Part shown: one piece after another, positions 19,047-28,442 of the stretch | Numbering within the stretch: the first letter of the stretch is position 1 | How the letters are laid out: each line of letters begins with the position of its first letter | From: Dehalococcoidia bacterium | GTDB lineage: Bacteria > Chloroflexota > Dehalococcoidia > Plut-88900 | Length of the DNA stretch: 64,000 nt | Assembly (NCBI GenBank): GCA_965207225.1 | Contig: CBDBLV010000004.1 | Coordinates: 480,001 to 544,000, forward strand | Reading direction: 5' to 3' | Program-made: the position numbers and the translations under genes | The notes under the pieces: model-generated | The model's input: only the letters and a program-made list of their open reading frames with translations | What the model was told of the DNA's origin: nothing | The model's database searches: none

Positions 19047-20921
19047 TCAGCCTCTGGTCTCCTCCCCCGACTCCTCGTCCTCTATCTCAGGCAGGAACGT
19101 CCTTATCAACCCCCGCGCAATAACCCTGTAAATCTTCCGGGAGACATACAGTACGGCAACGGAAATAAGCACGATGACTCCAATCGTCACCGGCGTCGTT
19201 ATGCTCCCCAGGAAAAGCAATTGGGATACCAGTGGAATGCTCCAGATGAACACCACCAACATCAATAGTAGCAGGAGCCCATCACGCATTATTAGGGCAA
19301 ACCCTCTTCGGTAAGTGCTGCTGGGCGGCAGAATCCCCCCGGGAATACGCTGCGCAATGCTGTCGTTTACGTAAGCGCCAACACCATCTGCTACCTTTCG
19401 CAATGACCACCAGATCCCGATGGATGCGGGAAATCCAAGCGCGATGACCGTTCCGCCTATAACCAGGCCTACCGTCTGCTCGCTGACGTTGATAACTTCC
19501 GATATCCCTTCGTTGAAGCGCATTACTACGCTCCCGACTATCAGCAATAGTATTATCACGCCCGCGTTCAGCAGCGTCAGCCGCCAGTGGTATTGCACCC
19601 TTATCGCGTTCTCACTTCTGAGACGTAACAAATTCCTCGTCGACCTGATCCACTCGGTCGTGTAGTTCAAATACTGGCGCGCCACTCTCGGAGAGAACTT
19701 CTCCAGAACATTCGCCAGCGGATCGGCGCTCCGGAATATGAACGGATAAAAGACTGACGTGATGCCCGTGGCGACCGCGACAATCGGATACAGGAATGGG
19801 GATACAGCCCCGTGAAGCGCACCGGTGCTCACTATTGCCAGCGAGAACTCCCCTATCTGGGTCATCCCCGTCCCTACCTTCAGCGAGGTCCGCCCGTCTT
19901 CTCCCGTAGCGAATGTCGCGACCGTATCAGCAACCAGTTTTCCGCCTATGAAAACTGCGGAAATGATTAGTGCAGGCCCAATGTGGTCCGCCATATCCGA
20001 CAGGTTGACCAGCATCCCTATCGAAATGAAGAACAATGCCGCGAAGAAGTCCTTGACCGGGGATACAATCTTTACAATCCTCTCGGATTGGACGGTGTCT
20101 CCTAGCACCGCCCCGACCAGGAACGCCCCCGCCGCCGGCGAAACGTCTAGCTCCTGTGCAATCAGGGCAAGGCCAAAGCACATGGCAAGTGACGCCAGAA
20201 GCATGATCTCTTCCGACTTGTATCTCGCTATGAAGCGTACGGCCCAGGGCGCCACCAGGGCCCCGATTGCCAGCGCGGCAAATCCAAATATCAACAGCTT
20301 CAAGGCCAGCGAGCCTACAGCCACCGGTTCCACCGCGCCCGTGGTCGCCACCCCCGACAGCACCGTGAGCAGAATGACCGCCGCAATATCCTCTATAACC
20401 AGGATGCCTACGATAATCCGTCCCTGGATCTGGTGCAGTTGCCCCGTGTCCCTCAGCATCTTGTAGAGAATCGCCGTGCTGGATATCGAAAGCGCCGCAC
20501 CCAGGAATACGGAATCCGTCCCGGTCCAGCCCAGGAGAGTCCCTATCTCGTAACCCAGAGACATCATCAGCGATATCTCTAGGACTCCGATAACTACCAC
20601 CCGGAACCCGACGCTCCTGAGCCTCTTCCACCCCAGGTCCAGCCCCAGCGAAAACAGCAGGATGATCAGCCCCAGGTCCGCCAGCGCGATGATGTGTTCC
20701 AGGTTTTCCACCGGCGGATTGGAAAATGTGTACGGGCCAACAAGGAGCCCGCCGAGCAGATACCCCAGGATCGGGGGCTGCTTCAGGAAGCGGAACAGGA
20801 CCACCGCCCCACCCGCCACCGCCATCACGACTGCAAAGTCGCGCAGCAGGGCGAAGTGCTCCGTTTCCGACTGATCTGCCACCGCTCCAAGCGGCAGCAT
20901 TATTTCCAGCAGCTGTTCCAT
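19047..20921 (-). CDS. Cation:proton antiporter (CPA2 family)
   Basis: QPPILGYL, SISSTAI, GILVIEDI, FFISIG, QIGEFS. Confidence 0.88.
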   Translation of the reverse strand: MEQLLEIMLPLGAVADQSETEHFALLRDFAVVMAVAGGAVVLFRFLKQPPILGYLLGGLLVGPYTFSNPPVENLEHIIALADLGLIILLFSLGLDLGWKRLRSVGFRVVVIGVLEISLMMSLGYEIGTLLGWTGTDSVFLGAALSISSTAILYKMLRDTGQLHQIQGRIIVGILVIEDIAAVILLTVLSGVATTGAVEPVAVGSLALKLLIFGFAALAIGALVAPWAVRFIARYKSEEIMLLASLAMCFGLALIAQELDVSPAAGAFLVGAVLGDTVQSERIVKIVSPVKDFFAALFFISIGMLVNLSDMADHIGPALIISAVFIGGKLVADTVATFATGEDGRTSLKVGTGMTQIGEFSLAIVSTGALHGAVSPFLYPIVAVATGITSVFYPFIFRSADPLANVLEKFSPRVARQYLNYTTEWIRSTRNLLRLRSENAIRVQYHWRLTLLNAGVIILLLIVGSVVMRFNEGISEVINVSEQTVGLVIGGTVIALGFPASIGIWWSLRKVADGVGAYVNDSIAQRIPGGILPPSSTYRRGFALIMRDGLLLLLMLVVFIWSIPLVSQLLFLGSITTPVTIGVIVLISVAVLYVSRKIYRVIARGLIRTFLPEIEDEESGEETRG

Positions 20922-21047
20922 GTCCAGATCCAGGGCTATCTTACGCCATCATTATAGGACTAGGGATACGAGCCCACCCCCCTCCCCCGAATCCTATATA
21001 ATCCCTCCCATCGCCCCAGCCACCCATCCCTCAACAGGAGGTCTACC

Positions 21048-22181
21048 GTGGCCGAATACAAGATAGTCTCCGCCGACTCCCACGCCGAGGAACCGGGAAC
21101 CATCTACGAAAAGCTCCCCGAAGACCTCCGGCACCGCAAACCCCACATCAAGGTCGTCGACGGGCACAGGTACCAGGTCCTCGACGGCCAGCACCCCATC
21201 CTCCTCGACACCCCAAACCCCCTCAACGAGACCGACCTCCGCAAGGAGTTCCGGGGCGGCGAGGACGTGGGCGTGGGAGTCAACCGTGAATGGGGCACCG
21301 ACGTAGACCTCCGGCTCAAAGACCAGGCCGAGGACGGTGTATCCGCCGAGGTCATCTACCCCAACGGCATCTTCGAGGCCTTCTCCTCCCCCGAGCCCCG
21401 CTACCAGATGGCAGTTTGCTCCCTCTATAACGATTTCTACTGGGACGTTTTCTCCTCCCACTCCGACGTCTGCATCCCCTCCGCCACCATCCCCGTGATC
21501 GACGTAGACGCCGCCGTCACCGAGGTAAAGCGCATCGCCGCCATGGGATACCGCTCCCTCTCCGTACCGGTCAACTACGCCACCACCCCCTACAACCTCC
21601 CCGTTTATGAGCCCCTCTGGGCCACCGTTGCAGAACTGGGCCTGCCCCTGAGCTTCCATGTCTTCACCACCTCCGACTCCGTGCCCGACGAAAAATCTCG
21701 CAGGTATCTCACCAAGGAGGAGACCCACGGCAGAGATCTCGTTGGCATGGTGCTAGGTATGGCCGAGGCCATGGCCCCCCTCACCGCCCTCACCGCCGCC
21801 GGAGTCTTCGACCGCTACCCCGATCTCCGCATCGTCCTCGTCGAATGCGGCATCGGGTGGCTCGCCTGGGCCCTCTATGCCATGGACGACGTCTACAAGG
21901 CCCGACACATGTGGCAATACCCCAACCTCGACAGGATGCCCAGCGAGTACTTCAAGACTAACGGCTTCATAACCTTCGGAGACGACCCCATTGGTCTTAA
22001 CAATCTCGACTACACCGGCGTTGACGGCCTGATGTGGGGCAGCGACTACCCCCACGACGAAGGCACCTTCCCCCACTCCCGAGAAGTCATAGAGCGCACC
22101 TTCTCCGGGATCTCCCAGGAGGACAAGGAGAAGATCGTGGGCCGCAACGCCGCCCGACTCTACGGTATAAACCTCAACTAG
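21048..22181 (+). CDS. Amidohydrolase_2 family protein
   Basis: SADSH, LSFH, VECGIGW, WGSDYPH, NAARLY. Confidence 0.88.
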   Translation: MAEYKIVSADSHAEEPGTIYEKLPEDLRHRKPHIKVVDGHRYQVLDGQHPILLDTPNPLNETDLRKEFRGGEDVGVGVNREWGTDVDLRLKDQAEDGVSAEVIYPNGIFEAFSSPEPRYQMAVCSLYNDFYWDVFSSHSDVCIPSATIPVIDVDAAVTEVKRIAAMGYRSLSVPVNYATTPYNLPVYEPLWATVAELGLPLSFHVFTTSDSVPDEKSRRYLTKEETHGRDLVGMVLGMAEAMAPLTALTAAGVFDRYPDLRIVLVECGIGWLAWALYAMDDVYKARHMWQYPNLDRMPSEYFKTNGFITFGDDPIGLNNLDYTGVDGLMWGSDYPHDEGTFPHSREVIERTFSGISQEDKEKIVGRNAARLYGINLN

Positions 22182-22210
22182 CCCCTACCCCACCTCCGGA
22201 GCTTCAACAA

Positions 22211-23332
22211 ATGTCAGACATATACGCCGAGCTCGGCATCCGCCGCATTGTCAACGCCGTCGGCACCGCCACCGTGGTCGGCGGCGCAGTCCTGAGCCCC
22301 CGGGTCCAGGAGGCCATGGATCAGGCCAGCCGGTCCTTCGCCGGCATGGACGAAGTCGTGACCCGTGCCGGCGAGGCCATCGCCTCGGACCTCGGCGCCG
22401 AGTCCGCCTTCGTCACAGCCGGCTGCTTTGCCGCCCTCGCCCTCAGTGCCGCCGCCGCAATGACCGGCCCCGACCCCGACCTCATCGCCCAGCTCCCCGA
22501 CACCACCGGCCTCCGCGACCAGTTCCTCATCCAGAATCGCCATCGCTACCATTACGACCGCTCCATACAGGTCCCGGGCGGCAAACTCGTTGAGGTCGGC
22601 GATGAAAACGGGGTCACCCGCTCCCAGTTTGAGGAAGCCATTGGGCCCAGGACCGTCGGAGTCCTCTATCCCGCCCACATGGACGGCGAGGAGGGGACTG
22701 TCTCCCTCGCCGACGTCATCTCCATAGCCCACTCCCGAGACATAGCCGTCATCGTAGACGCCGCCTTCCAGGTCTATCCCGTCCAGCGCATGAAGGACAT
22801 CGCCAACTGCGGCGCCGACTCCATCTGCTTTAGCCTCAAGTACATGGGCGGCCCCAACTCCGTCGGCTTCATGGTCGGCAAGAAGGACCTTGTGGACGCC
22901 GCCCGACTCCACGGCTTTACCGCCTTCGAGCTGGAAGACAACCGCGCCTTCGGCCGGGGCTACAAGGTAGATCGCGGAGAGACCGTAGCCGCCGTCGCCG
23001 CCATGCGTGAGTGGTTCACCCTTGACCATGACGAGCGCATCCGGGACCAGGAACGCCGCTTCCAGATCCTCGTCGAGCTCCTCGGAGAAATCCCCAATGT
23101 GACCCTCCAGCAAGGCTGGTTCGGCCAGATCCCCTGGATGCAACTCAGAGTCGTACTCGACGAAGAAGCCCTCGGCATGTCCGTCGATCAGGCCTCCGAC
23201 GCCCTTAAGGCGCTCGAACCCTCCATCTGGACCAGGCCCGACGGTGACGCCCTTTCCGTCGCCGTAATCACCCTCAACCCCGGCGAAGAACAACTCGTAG
23301 CCCAGGGCCTTCGCCAAGTCCTCATCCGCTAA
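22211..23332 (+). CDS. SelA-like PLP enzyme (DgaE-type)
   Basis: IVNAVGTAT, VIVDAA, FSLKYMGGP, GRGYKV. Confidence 0.75.
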   Translation: MSDIYAELGIRRIVNAVGTATVVGGAVLSPRVQEAMDQASRSFAGMDEVVTRAGEAIASDLGAESAFVTAGCFAALALSAAAAMTGPDPDLIAQLPDTTGLRDQFLIQNRHRYHYDRSIQVPGGKLVEVGDENGVTRSQFEEAIGPRTVGVLYPAHMDGEEGTVSLADVISIAHSRDIAVIVDAAFQVYPVQRMKDIANCGADSICFSLKYMGGPNSVGFMVGKKDLVDAARLHGFTAFELEDNRAFGRGYKVDRGETVAAVAAMREWFTLDHDERIRDQERRFQILVELLGEIPNVTLQQGWFGQIPWMQLRVVLDEEALGMSVDQASDALKALEPSIWTRPDGDALSVAVITLNPGEEQLVAQGLRQVLIR

Positions 23333-23511
23333 AGTGAGGCCTCGTTTTGATCGTCATTCCTGCGGAGGCAGGAATCCATCCCTCCTGAATAATCTCGCCA
23401 TCCATTGCCGCGCACACTTCCCACCCCCCCAGTATTGAACTAGAGGCAGGCGCATGGGCAAAGCTCATGTGCCTGCCTCTGTTCTTCGCTCCCCCTCTCC
23501 CTTACAGGCCC

Positions 23512-24780
23512 TGTATAGACCGGGGAGAAGGGTAACAGTTGTTCGGGGAGATAGGTAACACATTTCCTACTTACTTAGATCTATGGTAGCAATGGGTTGT
23601 ACGGAGAAGAAGACTTTCCACGTGCCGTCTTTGGACCCGGGTCTAAGGGCGACACACTTTCTTCGGAAGGCTTTCCCCACCTTAAAGGTTCTGCCCTTGA
23701 ACCATATGCGGCCGTTGACGTCGACCTTGCGCACCTGGTCATTGGTGTCGTACTCGATGGCAGGCAGGACCTCGGGGAAGGGCCGGGGGCTGGGGGTGTA
23801 TCGGCTGGAGGGGGTATTGAGGTCCAGGGCATGGTGAGGACGCTGGAGGTTGTAGAAGTCTCTCCAGGTGTCGAAGCTGCCCTGGCAGTGGTGCAGGTCT
23901 GTGTAGATGCTTCCCTGGAGCAGTTCGCTCTTGAGGGACTTGTGGAAGCGTTCAAGCTTGCCGAGAGTCTGGGGGTGGTGGGGTCTGCTGTGGATCACCC
24001 TGACTCCCAGTTGCAGCAACCAGACGGTCAAGGGCGTGAAGGGATGGTAGAGGTCGTGGCCCCAGGGGGCGCCGTTGTCTACCAGCATAGTGACGGGCAT
24101 GCCGTAACGGCGGAATACAGAGGTGAGGTGGCCACGGACCGTGGGAGTCTTCTCATCTGGGCAAGCCCTTACAGCCAGGGAGAACCTGGAGTGATCATCG
24201 AGGATCGTCAGAGGGTGACATCTTCCACCACTGGACATGGGTATATGTCCCTTGAAGTCCATCTGCCAAAGGTCGTTGGGCCGGGGGTGCTCAAAGCGGC
24301 GGTAGGGCTTGTGCTTGAGGCTCTGGGCCGGCTCTATAAGTCCATGTCGACTGAGGATGGCTGTGACGGTGCTCTTGGCCGGTACACCGCCGTACCCTCT
24401 GTCCTTGAGCATCTTGGCCAGCACATGACCCCCCTTGGTGGGGAACTCCCTTCGAAGGTCTATTACCAGTTGCTCCATATCGGCGCTGGTGCGGTTCGGC
24501 GAGTGATGGGGACACTTGGAAAGGTCTTCCAGACTCCCCTTACCCCCTTCCAGGTATCGTCTCAGCCACTTGTAGCCGGTCTTACGGCTGATCCCGCTGC
24601 GCAGACACAGCTCACTCATGTTCACACCCTCGGACTGGGCCAGGACCACAAACTCTTCCCGTTGAGACATGACCGTTCCAACCTTCCATGGCATAGAAAC
24701 CCTCCTCTTACAGAATCGCTATGCCTAATGGTGTAACCTATGTCTCCGAACATGTGTAACCTATGTCCCCGGTCTATACA
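23512..24780 (-). mobile_element. IS481-family insertion sequence, 1269 bp
   Basis: TGT...ACA ends, ~50-bp imperfect inverted repeats (TGTATAGACCGGGGA...), 5-bp duplication GGCCC at 23507-23511 and 24781-24785. Confidence 0.93.
23567..24694 (-). CDS. IS481 DDE transposase
   Basis: HTH ISRKTGYKWLRRY, WQMDFKG, DDHSRF, DNGAPW, GKLERFH, YNLQRPH. Confidence 0.93.
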   Translation of the reverse strand: MPWKVGTVMSQREEFVVLAQSEGVNMSELCLRSGISRKTGYKWLRRYLEGGKGSLEDLSKCPHHSPNRTSADMEQLVIDLRREFPTKGGHVLAKMLKDRGYGGVPAKSTVTAILSRHGLIEPAQSLKHKPYRRFEHPRPNDLWQMDFKGHIPMSSGGRCHPLTILDDHSRFSLAVRACPDEKTPTVRGHLTSVFRRYGMPVTMLVDNGAPWGHDLYHPFTPLTVWLLQLGVRVIHSRPHHPQTLGKLERFHKSLKSELLQGSIYTDLHHCQGSFDTWRDFYNLQRPHHALDLNTPSSRYTPSPRPFPEVLPAIEYDTNDQVRKVDVNGRIWFKGRTFKVGKAFRRKCVALRPGSKDGTWKVFFSVQPIATIDLSK

Positions 24781-24973
24781 GGCCCTAAGGGAGAGGGGGA
24801 TAAAGGGGGAGAGGGTTCCCCTCCGCCGCTGGAAATGCAACCCCTCTTCCCTGTAATCATGTCAGCGAATTACCTGGCATCCACAATTCCAACGCCCCGC
24901 AATGAACTTGGCGTAATGTACAATCAGAGGAAGCTCCATGAGGGAGGTTGGGAATACATCCCAGCACAACACC

Positions 24974-25933
24974 ATGCCAACCATCAACTCCGTCCTCGGC
25001 CCAATGAACACCGCCGACATGGGCTTCACCCTCTCCCATGAGCACGTCCTCGTCTCCTCCGCCGGTATCCAGCAGATCTACCCCGAGTTCATCCCCCGAG
25101 ACCCGATCATTGAGCGGGGCATCCGGGACCTCTCAGCCGCTAAAGTTGAAGGCGTCCAGACCATCATCGACGTCACCACCATCGACCTCGGCCGCGACAT
25201 TCGCATGTTGGAAGACGTGTCCCGGGGCTCGGGTGTGAACATCATCGCCGCCACCGGCACCTGGCGCGACATACCCAGGGTCTTCTGGGAAGCCTCCCCC
25301 GACTCCATAGCCGCCCTTTACATACGTGAAATCGAGCAGGGCATCGAGGGCACCAACATCAAGGCGGGCGTTATCAAGGTTGCCAACGACAAGGGAGGCG
25401 TCACTCCGCAGGGCGAGATCATCCTGCGCGCCGCCGCCCGGGCCCACAAGGCCACCGGCGTCCCCATCTCCACCCACACCTGGGCCCCTGAGAGAGTCGG
25501 CCTCCAGCAGGCCATCATTTTCGAAGAAGAAGGTGTCGACCTGAACCGCGTCTACGTCGGCCATAGCAACGACACCACGAACGTCGCCTATCTCATCGAA
25601 CTCCTCGAAAAAGGCGCCTGGATAGGCCTCGACCGATACCCCGGCTGGGCTTCCGAAGGCACCGACACCCCGGACTGGCGCGACCGCACCCGCACCGCCG
25701 TCCGCCTAATCGAGGCCGGTTACGGCCACAAGATCATGCTCAGCCACGACTGGTCCATCCCCATCTCCCGACCCAGCGAGGAAGAGGTCGCCAAACGTGA
25801 AGCCCGCAACGCAGACGGCTACCTCTTTATCCACCGCCACGTCATCCCCCTCCTCCGTGAAATGGGAATCTCCCAGGACGCCATCGACCAAATGATGGTC
25901 CACAACCCCCGCAACTTCTTCTCCAACTCCTGA
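24974..25933 (+). CDS. Phosphotriesterase-related protein
   Basis: TLSHEH, GRDI, AGVIK, ISTH, VGH, LSHD, NPRNFF. Confidence 0.88.
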   Translation: MPTINSVLGPMNTADMGFTLSHEHVLVSSAGIQQIYPEFIPRDPIIERGIRDLSAAKVEGVQTIIDVTTIDLGRDIRMLEDVSRGSGVNIIAATGTWRDIPRVFWEASPDSIAALYIREIEQGIEGTNIKAGVIKVANDKGGVTPQGEIILRAAARAHKATGVPISTHTWAPERVGLQQAIIFEEEGVDLNRVYVGHSNDTTNVAYLIELLEKGAWIGLDRYPGWASEGTDTPDWRDRTRTAVRLIEAGYGHKIMLSHDWSIPISRPSEEEVAKREARNADGYLFIHRHVIPLLREMGISQDAIDQMMVHNPRNFFSNS

Positions 25934-26112
25934 CCCCACCCAGGGCCTTTGCATTACTGTCATTCCGATGCCCCGCGAGGAATCTGGGGTGGGGTTTTAG
26001 GTGTGGATTACACGGCCAGTTCTTGCAGTGTGTTCCAGATTAGAGGATTGCGCATAGGTCTCTCGATAGGTGAAGGTGATCCCGTCACCAAAAGCCCAGT
26101 TTCGCAAAACTC

Positions 26113-27066
26113 TCAGTTCGCCTCAGTTCCGCGCGATCGCAATACGCGATGCCCGGCAACCCGCCGGGCCAGTTCGGGAAACGCCGGGTCTATCTCGTAC
26201 CGATACCCGTCCCAGTATCCGTCCCGACCGGGATCAAAGCGTCGCGGCTGCGTACCACTGGCCAGCGCTGCCTGCTTCATCCGCCTTTCAATCTCTCCAC
26301 TCCGGGATACCGCATCGTCGGGAGGCACTGGCGGAAGCACCCTGACGCTCATAGCCTGACCCGTCCGTAGAGTCGAAGAAAACGGGTGCTCCCAGACCCG
26401 GTGCCCGCCCGAGACCACTACCGGAAGCACCGGCCTCCCAAGCCTCCTCGCCAGGCAAAAGGCCCCCGGCTGAAAAGCCAGTTCAATGCCCAGGATCGAG
26501 CCCTGCGGAAAAATGAGGACGCTGTCCCCCGCATCGATGGCGGCGCCGGCCTCTCGCAGCAGAATACGCATCGCCTCCCTTGGGCGCTCTGGCCGGACAA
26601 AGATATGTCTCGCCCGCCTCAGATGGCCCCCGAGAAGCGGAAAGTCCGCCAGTTCGTCTCGGGCCACGGAGGTGAGTTTGAGGGGCAGACTGTAAAGGGC
26701 AAGGCCATCCGCAAACCCTTCGTGCAGCGACACCACCACGTACCGCTCCTTCGGGTCGATGTTTTCGAGTCCCTCGACTCGAATCCTCAATCCCAGGAGC
26801 CGGGCTGCCGACCAAGCCCACAATCGTTCCGTCCCCCGACACCACGCCCGCCCGTCAATGAGCTTCACACCTATCAGCATCGCAGCCATGCGAAGGACAG
26901 CCCTTCCCGGGCCTAAGAGAAGGATGGCAGCCACCCACGCCCTGGACCATTCAGGGATGGAACCTACCGAAAATCGACCGCCCAGGAGTCGGAATGAGGC
27001 TCTTTCGGAGACTTTGGAAACCGACTGATCAAGCATCCTCTCCACCAGAGACGCCCTTGCCCCCAT
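26113..27066 (-). CDS. Lysophospholipid acyltransferase (PlsC-like)
   Basis: HX4D (HEGFAD), IFPQG, PVLPV; start uncertain. Confidence 0.75.
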   Translation of the reverse strand: MGARASLVERMLDQSVSKVSERASFRLLGGRFSVGSIPEWSRAWVAAILLLGPGRAVLRMAAMLIGVKLIDGRAWCRGTERLWAWSAARLLGLRIRVEGLENIDPKERYVVVSLHEGFADGLALYSLPLKLTSVARDELADFPLLGGHLRRARHIFVRPERPREAMRILLREAGAAIDAGDSVLIFPQGSILGIELAFQPGAFCLARRLGRPVLPVVVSGGHRVWEHPFSSTLRTGQAMSVRVLPPVPPDDAVSRSGEIERRMKQAALASGTQPRRFDPGRDGYWDGYRYEIDPAFPELARRVAGHRVLRSRGTEAN

Positions 27067-27373
27067 TCAGCATCAGCACACTCCTGAGCCCGTCCTCGTC
27101 TGGTACAACTCCCTGCGACGTGACCTTCCCATCGATAGTTACAACGGGTGGGTGCCAGCCCCCTCGCCGCAGCGCATCGAACAGGTTATTGAACCACGGC
27201 TTGACTCGTACTTCTACGTGGGGCAGGTCCGCCGCAACGCGCTTGACCAGCCGCACCGTCAGATCGCACTCCTCGCAGAAAGAATGTGGAACGTTGAAGA
27301 AGAGTTGCCGACCGGTCATCGGATAAACGGTCACTACTGTTGGAGATTGGACTTCCTTCGCTGAATCAATCAC
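27029..27373 (-). CDS. Glutaredoxin/thioredoxin-like protein
   Basis: CEEC motif, HPPVVTIDG, GVVP. Confidence 0.7.
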   Translation of the reverse strand: MIDSAKEVQSPTVVTVYPMTGRQLFFNVPHSFCEECDLTVRLVKRVAADLPHVEVRVKPWFNNLFDALRRGGWHPPVVTIDGKVTSQGVVPDEDGLRSVLMLNGGKGVSGGEDA

Positions 27374-27509
27374 AAGTTCACAGGTGAAACCTCGGGCCCC
27401 GACCCGACTTAAATCTCTAAAATAAGGCGATCAACTCCTAACCAAAGTTTAACTCAGTTACCGCATTAACCGGCTCCCCTCACCCGCACCTACAGGCAAC
27501 ACCAATACC

Positions 27510-28392
27510 TCTTTCCCGACTCCCATCGGGAACCCATCCCCAGGGGCAGGGGTTCCGTTCGTCCTGAGCGGAATCGAAGAGCCTGCCCCGAGTCCCTAGA
27601 GGGGGAGAGGGGGACCAAGGGGGTGAGGGCTCCCTCCCCAGACGGAGGGGCCGCTCATGCTGAGGTCACTCGAAATATGAGCGGGGGGCGGCCCGCGCAT
27701 TGCTCAACTATCGCCTTGCCCTACCACCAACCCGCGCCCCTCCTTTTCCATTCCGATGCCCCGCGAGGAATCTCAAACGCCTTTCACTAAACCCACCCTG
27801 TTCCTTACCTCTCCCATCCTTCCATCGCACCCCCCTTGGTAACGAATTAACAGAAATGCTGCCTAGCAGCATTTCTGATAATTCAATAAAACAGGGCGGG
27901 CGGGTGGGACTCCTATTATTCCCGATGGGTCGGGGAAAGGGTCCTCTCTTTCCTTTCCACCCCCCCGACCCGGGCCTCATCCCTTCCTTCTCCCTCAAAG
28001 TACTGAACTGGAGGCAGCTGTCATTCCGATGCCCCGCGAGGAATCTGGGGCGGGGCGCCTCCATCCCCGGTACTGAGATAGAGGCGGAGGTTGGCGCATC
28101 AAAGCCAGCCTCCGCCTTTGTTCTTCTCTCCCTCCACCGTAGGGGTGCCCCTCGCGGGTACCCTGCCCGCCACCCACGCCAAGACTTGCATCGCCCCAAA
28201 ACCGAGCCATCCCCCTCCTCACCAGTACTGAACTAGAGGCAGGCGTGGGTGCGTTGCACCCACGCCTGCCTCTGCTCTTCTTTCCCCCTCTCCCTTATAG
28301 GCCCTAAGAGCCTGCCCCGTACCCCAATACGGGGGAGAGGGGGACCAAGGGGGAGAGGGTTCCCTTGGGGGGCTGGGGGGTATTCCCCCAAA
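27510..28392. repeat. Mosaic cluster of REP-like palindromes
   Basis: CATTCC..GGAATC, CCCCTCTCCC..GGGAGAGGGG, GTAG-type and AGTACTGAACTAGAGGCAG hairpin units, shared with 23353-23511, 24781-24822 and 48146-48490. Confidence 0.8.
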
Positions 28393-28407
28393 GCCGTACA
28401 TTTGCTC

Positions 28408-28436
28408 TTGACACAGCTGTCCGACCGTACTATCAT
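28408..28436 (+). promoter_or_regulatory. Sigma70-type promoter
   Basis: TTGACA-17 nt-TATCAT with no ORF downstream. Confidence 0.75.
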
Positions 28437-28442
28437 ACCCTG

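Noticed and set aside
22211-23332. True selenocysteine synthase SelA supporting the selenoprotein
   Set aside because: Shorter, DgaE-type motifs, no selB/selD nearby; not evidence of Sec machinery.
26000-26115. Possible IS end remnant (GAGAGTTTTGCGAAA plus short MRNPLIWN ORF on minus strand)
   Set aside because: No partner inverted repeat or transposase motif visible.
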